DNA of 64,000 bases from Psammoneis japonica (taxonomy: Eukaryota): positions 186,001 through 250,000 of the forward strand of contig QPGO01000031.1 of assembly GCA_008632985.1 (NCBI GenBank), given 5' to 3'. The position numbers were made by a program, and so were the translations under genes. The notes beneath the pieces are model-generated. The model worked only from the letters and a program-made list of their open reading frames with translations, did not search any database and was not told the DNA's origin. How positions within the stretch are numbered: the first letter of the stretch is position 1; the number at the start of each line of letters is the position of its first letter. Shown one piece after another: positions 59,647-64,000 of this stretch.

Positions 59647-62277
59647 CTACATTGCATCAGACACGACCATTGCCTGTTTGACGGCCTCGACAACATCTTC
59701 GGGGTAGCCAGAGCTCGAAAGCGCTGACATGGGAAGTCTGTCAGCCACCATTCGCTGAGCAATAAATTGAGCGCACAAAACAGCCAGTGTCTGGCCTCCA
59801 TAAGCTTCTCCAACAATCTCATGAAAGACCTTAGGCAGCTTGGCCAGCAAAATGTAGATGCGATCGCGGTTTGTAATCTCAAACGTACCACTGGCGGCAA
59901 AAACAGGACGTTCGTCTGAGTCCTCTTCCATGACATCACTTTCCTGTGACACGACGAGATCTCGGACTGTGTCCATGTGCTCAAGTTGCTGTGTGATCTG
60001 GGCGAGTTGAGCAAGTGACTCCAAAGTCGATCCTGTTGAAGCAGTCAAGTTGACCAAGTTAGACGTTCCAAAGGAAGACTTCTCGTCCATGCTTCGAGGC
60101 CACGGCGCTTTGCGACCACTGTATTCGAACTCGATTACAGTAACATCCGACTCAGATCCAGAGCCCTTGCAAATGCCAGTAAAATTATTTTTCACTCCAT
60201 CCTTCTCCATTGTGACACGAAAGGGAATTTCGCGGTTGACCTCACCGTCGTATCGCTTGTCATGATACGCATAGTTCTGGATGACAACCTTGTAGCTACC
60301 ACATGGCGCCTGGATCATCCCATCCAAGTCTCCAAGAAACACATTCTCTACAGGTTCGAGCGAGGACTGCGAACCAGCGTTCATGTCAACGTCCAAATTG
60401 CACAAGCCGTCCAATGACTGCTTGCGACGGAAAGATATTTCTTCACCACCGGGTATGAAAACGTGTAGATCAAGATCGTCAAAGGTGTCCCACGCAAGCG
60501 AAATCGTAATGTCACCCTTGCGAGCCTTTTCTCGCTGCAAGCGGCCACCAAGACCCTCGGCATCATGAATGTGAATACTAGAACCACGGCTCGCGAGATC
60601 TTTCAGAACATCTTGAGGTAGACGAATGTCAGCATCTGATAAGAGCACCAACGTCTCCAGTTTGTTCACGTGTCGATCGATTAGATTCATGACTGCCTTT
60701 GTTGTTACGATTCCATCCGTGATGAAGGAAGGTGCATTCATCGCCGTATCGTCTGATTTGACGCCTTGGGCAACCTCCATGAGCAATCCGAGACAGTCTA
60801 GGAAGCTCTCCATTCGGCGCTGAGAGCCAACCAAGAGTAATCGCGTGGGCGGAATCGTCTCCTTACTGGAACTATCATCAGCCTTGACCTTGGTGTCCAT
60901 GGGTTGGCTGTCGTCGTCGTCGGTCTCGAGTGGCCAGGTCGACATGGCAGCGACCACGAGAATGGCAGCTGCGTGCTGCGATTTGGAATTCTCCAGCGAA
61001 GCAACGACTGTAGCCTTGTTGTGCGTTTTGATTTGCTTACGAAGGTATTTGATCGTTGCTGAAACACGGTCGGTATAGATAGAACGCTGCACTGCGGCCA
61101 ATTCGTCGTCGTCATTCGTTTCAGGAGATGGACAAGCCTCCAATAGCTCATGGACGGAACGAAACTTTGTAATTTTGCAAGGGTCTGTTTTGCTGCGAGA
61201 CTGAACGAGCTTTAGAGTTTGTACATCGTGCTTCTTTTTGGCAAGCTTTGCAAGATGATGCAAGTCGCCTTCCTTTCCTTTTAGCACCATTGCTTTGTTG
61301 AGCTTGGACTTGTCGATGGTAAACTGATCCGACAGCATGAACCCATTTTCACGGGCGTAATCGTTGAGCTTCTTACGGAGCTTGCGAGTAATGGCTTGCA
61401 AAATGAACATACTCTTCTTGGCGGTGTCTTGGTCAAAGGAGTTGCTGAGAAGCTTTTCATAGCAAGGGCCAAATGCCTTTTCCTTATGGGCAATGGTTGT
61501 TCGCTTCCAAATCATAAGTTCCGCAATAGCATTGTTGACACGACGCGGACAAGTCGTTGTGTCAGTCGTATTAGTATCGTTCTCGTTGCGACGCCGGCGG
61601 ACACGACCTCGGTCACGATGAGGAAGGAACATGTGAAGGGTGCTTGGCATTGTGGCGATCATAGTAGTATCACCAGCACCTTGCAAAATGGCAAAGTCGC
61701 CATTGAGTGCCTTTGCCATGGTGTCAAGCACGCACTTCATAACTTCAAAATGCGATCCGGGCTTGGGTGACACAAGCTCTTGTTCAAAAAATCGCAGACC
61801 CTTGACAACTTCTTCCGAAAAGGAGACAGGTGACGCTGGGCATGGTCCAATGGCAGAGATCAAGTCCACGACAATCGTGCAGAGGTCGCGAGATCCACCG
61901 GCAAGCGGAGCAACCTTGATTAACGTCAACGCCGCATCGCAGTGCTCATGAGTGAACAGATACTTGATGGCTTCATAATAGAAGCGACGCTCGCCATCGC
62001 CTGCTGATGCATCGGGTTTATCGGTTTGTGCCTTGCAAGTAGGAGAGAGACGATGATAGCGTTTGTAAATAATAGCTAGCAATAGCGTCTTCCAGGCAGA
62101 CGCGTCGTCACCGCATAGCGTGACGAGCTCCTGAAGCGAGGTTTGGAATTCTTGTAAGGTGTTGTTGTCGTCCTTGATGCGGGCGAATCCATTGAAAAGT
62201 CTGTGCAGAGCATTGTCAAACTTGGATGAGGCGGCGACCTCATCATCATCAAGAACCATTTCGCTTTGATCGTTCAT
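59647..62277 (-). CDS. Hypothetical protein with YfaP/DUF2135-like domain
   Basis: GDITISLAWDTFDDLDLHV..PGGEEISF..LDVDMNAG..EPVENVF; long uninterrupted ORF. Confidence 0.75.
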   Translation of the reverse strand: MNDQSEMVLDDDEVAASSKFDNALHRLFNGFARIKDDNNTLQEFQTSLQELVTLCGDDASAWKTLLLAIIYKRYHRLSPTCKAQTDKPDASAGDGERRFYYEAIKYLFTHEHCDAALTLIKVAPLAGGSRDLCTIVVDLISAIGPCPASPVSFSEEVVKGLRFFEQELVSPKPGSHFEVMKCVLDTMAKALNGDFAILQGAGDTTMIATMPSTLHMFLPHRDRGRVRRRRNENDTNTTDTTTCPRRVNNAIAELMIWKRTTIAHKEKAFGPCYEKLLSNSFDQDTAKKSMFILQAITRKLRKKLNDYARENGFMLSDQFTIDKSKLNKAMVLKGKEGDLHHLAKLAKKKHDVQTLKLVQSRSKTDPCKITKFRSVHELLEACPSPETNDDDELAAVQRSIYTDRVSATIKYLRKQIKTHNKATVVASLENSKSQHAAAILVVAAMSTWPLETDDDDSQPMDTKVKADDSSSKETIPPTRLLLVGSQRRMESFLDCLGLLMEVAQGVKSDDTAMNAPSFITDGIVTTKAVMNLIDRHVNKLETLVLLSDADIRLPQDVLKDLASRGSSIHIHDAEGLGGRLQREKARKGDITISLAWDTFDDLDLHVFIPGGEEISFRRKQSLDGLCNLDVDMNAGSQSSLEPVENVFLGDLDGMIQAPCGSYKVVIQNYAYHDKRYDGEVNREIPFRVTMEKDGVKNNFTGICKGSGSESDVTVIEFEYSGRKAPWPRSMDEKSSFGTSNLVNLTASTGSTLESLAQLAQITQQLEHMDTVRDLVVSQESDVMEEDSDERPVFAASGTFEITNRDRIYILLAKLPKVFHEIVGEAYGGQTLAVLCAQFIAQRMVADRLPMSALSSSGYPEDVVEAVKQAMVVSDAM

Positions 62278-62299
62278 CGCGACGCTTCCTTTTTTGTGA

Positions 62300-63790
62300 T
62301 GTAAACTGAACAGGAACAACCAACCGATGAAGCACGTTTGACCGAGTCGTCCAGCGTGTGGGCGAAAGGTGCACGTCTCACAGTGGCGCGTTCGCGCGGG
62401 GCCAATGAGTCGTGGATCGTGTTGACTGTTGCAATGACTTCACAGGGTGCATCTTGCTGGCAACCCAAGTCTGGCAGTTGCCCATTTTGTGGATTTCAGG
62501 AATGGTGATGCATGATGGTCAACATTTTGACTGAATTTTGATGCTTTGGAACTGGAACAAGAACAACAAGAAGGAAGGCCACAATGTCCCAGACGCTGCA
62601 GGGCAAAAGAGGAAAACCATCAGCGAGATGAGAGCAAAGCAAAAGGATCGAATGAGATCAGCTCACCCTGGGTTGGATGTTGACCTCATCTCCAACCAGG
62701 ATGCATGGTGGTCATCAGCAGAAAACTTAAAATTTGACAAAAAGAAACAGACCCAAAGACAAAAGCAGCTGTTGTTTCAGTTTGGGCTGGGTGGTCTTTC
62801 TCCTCCAGAACACCCCCCGCTTGACTTCTGTGGCTGCCAGCAAACTCTCCCAACAAGCAGGACTTGCCAACCAAATGCTCTTGGCTGGCAGAAGATTGAA
62901 AATTGCTTTGGTTTGAACAGCCAAAGTCTGTGCAGGGTTGTGCACAGCATCTGCAGGGTGGCTGCTGCGCTGACGTCCTCGGTGTTCATGCGCAAAAGAT
63001 CCGGGCCTTTTTCATTGCTCTTCGAGGTCTCACATCTTTCTCTGATGACGCCATGCTCTCCATCACACAAATGGAGCAATGGTTGTTCGCAGTCATCTCA
63101 AAAAAAAGAAAAGCTTTGGTTTTTGCATGCAAGCTTCTTCCCATGGAGATTGGAGGGTGTGTTTGCTGGCTGTCTTCCAGGCTGTCACAGGATTTGAGGA
63201 GTCAAGCAGGTTGGAGCAGATGATGCACGAAACAACCAAACGCACACAAAGATGTTCTAACACCAGCACAGGTGCTGCCCAATTGTCTGCTGTTGTGTGG
63301 TTCATGGAGGTGCTGATTGGCTCAGACAGCAACAGGGAATCTCCCAGGTGACTCCCTCTCACTTTCCTCTCCACACACAAGAGTGAACTGCGTGCACACA
63401 TGGCACCCCTGCCACCACCCCGTGAGCACAGGTTGAAGAGATCTGGCTGGTTTGGAGCTGATCATGTCATGTGGTGTTTCTGTTTCATGTGTGTTTGTGT
63501 GTGTCACACGTTGCACTTAACTGCTGTTCACAACAAACCATCACAATGCACACCATGCGAATGCTGTGTGTCATCTCAATGTGAAAACAACCCGACACAC
63601 ACCCGAGACACTGACAAGATGGTCCTCCTGCTGCTTTCCCACAATCTGAAATCTGCTCACGCCTGCATATCTTCGACAGATCTTCGCAGATGTCACGACT
63701 TGATGGCTGACCGCACTGCAGGTGTAATCCCACCCGACGCTCTTTCCCACACACGCTGCTCCCATTGGTCACAAGTGCCTGCAACATTAT
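62300..63790. other. TpA/CpG-depleted hypermutated island 4
   Basis: Only 3 TpA in 62310-63660 (ttaa 62728, ctaa 63258, ttaa 63518). Confidence 0.85.
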
Positions 63791-63796
63791 TTCAAC

Positions 63797-64000
63797 ATGG
63801 TCTACGGCATTGTTGACTGGTTGGTGCGCACGTCGAAACTCTGGTTTTGCTCAGAAACCAAACCTCCGCTCAAGGTTATCATGCTTGGTCTCGACGCTGC
63901 CGGAAAGACCACCATACCCTCACGCATCACGTTGATGGCGCTGTTGAAGATGTTCTGCCCAACCACCACTGCCCGATTCAGAACTGTTGTACGAAACGCA
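63797..64000 (+). CDS. Arf/Arl-family small GTPase, 5' part (runs off the window; probable indel after GKTTI)
   Basis: MVYGIVDWL..KVIMLGLDAAGKTTI (Arf-type P-loop); not listed in the ORF track. Confidence 0.75.
   Translation, partial: MVYGIVDWLVRTSKLWFCSETKPPLKVIMLGLDAAGKTTIPSRITLMALLKMFCPTTTARFRTVVRNA

Noticed and set aside
1..64000. tRNA or rRNA genes
   Set aside because: No cloverleaf or rRNA-conserved sequence was recognised by eye; tRNAscan-SE or Infernal would be needed to exclude them.

Overview
Eukaryotic, gene-dense nuclear DNA with short GT-AG introns, most likely from a pennate diatom (inferred from an Lhcz-type light-harvesting gene with an 'SAF' bipartite plastid presequence, diatom-style secreted proteins and compact intergenic spacing). 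About 25 protein-coding loci are recognisable: GACC Cys-repeat secreted protein, ChaN/DUF399, triple EF-hand, LHC, F-box, giant low-complexity ankyrin-like protein, FAD oxidoreductase, two CRAL-TRIO, FPP synthase, ankyrin, DUF726/TMCO4, leishmanolysin M8, FMN reductase, GH89, 4x lamin-tail-domain protein, GH28, tandem histidine phosphatase, IMPase, a modular secreted Cys-module/SGNH-like/GH-like protein, YfaP-like protein and an Arf-family start. Many carry single indels that look like long-read consensus errors. The standout signal is four sharply bounded islands (about 1-5850, 34060-35700, 48790-49730, 62300-63790) in which TpA is almost eliminated, CpG is strongly depleted and TpG/CpA is abundant. 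The few surviving TpA sites are mostly YTAR, and TpA loss extends further outward than CpG loss. This suggests a region-targeted TpA->TpG/CpA hypermutation process running opposite to fungal RIP, superimposed on 5mCpG decay. All counts are by hand and no database searches were run.
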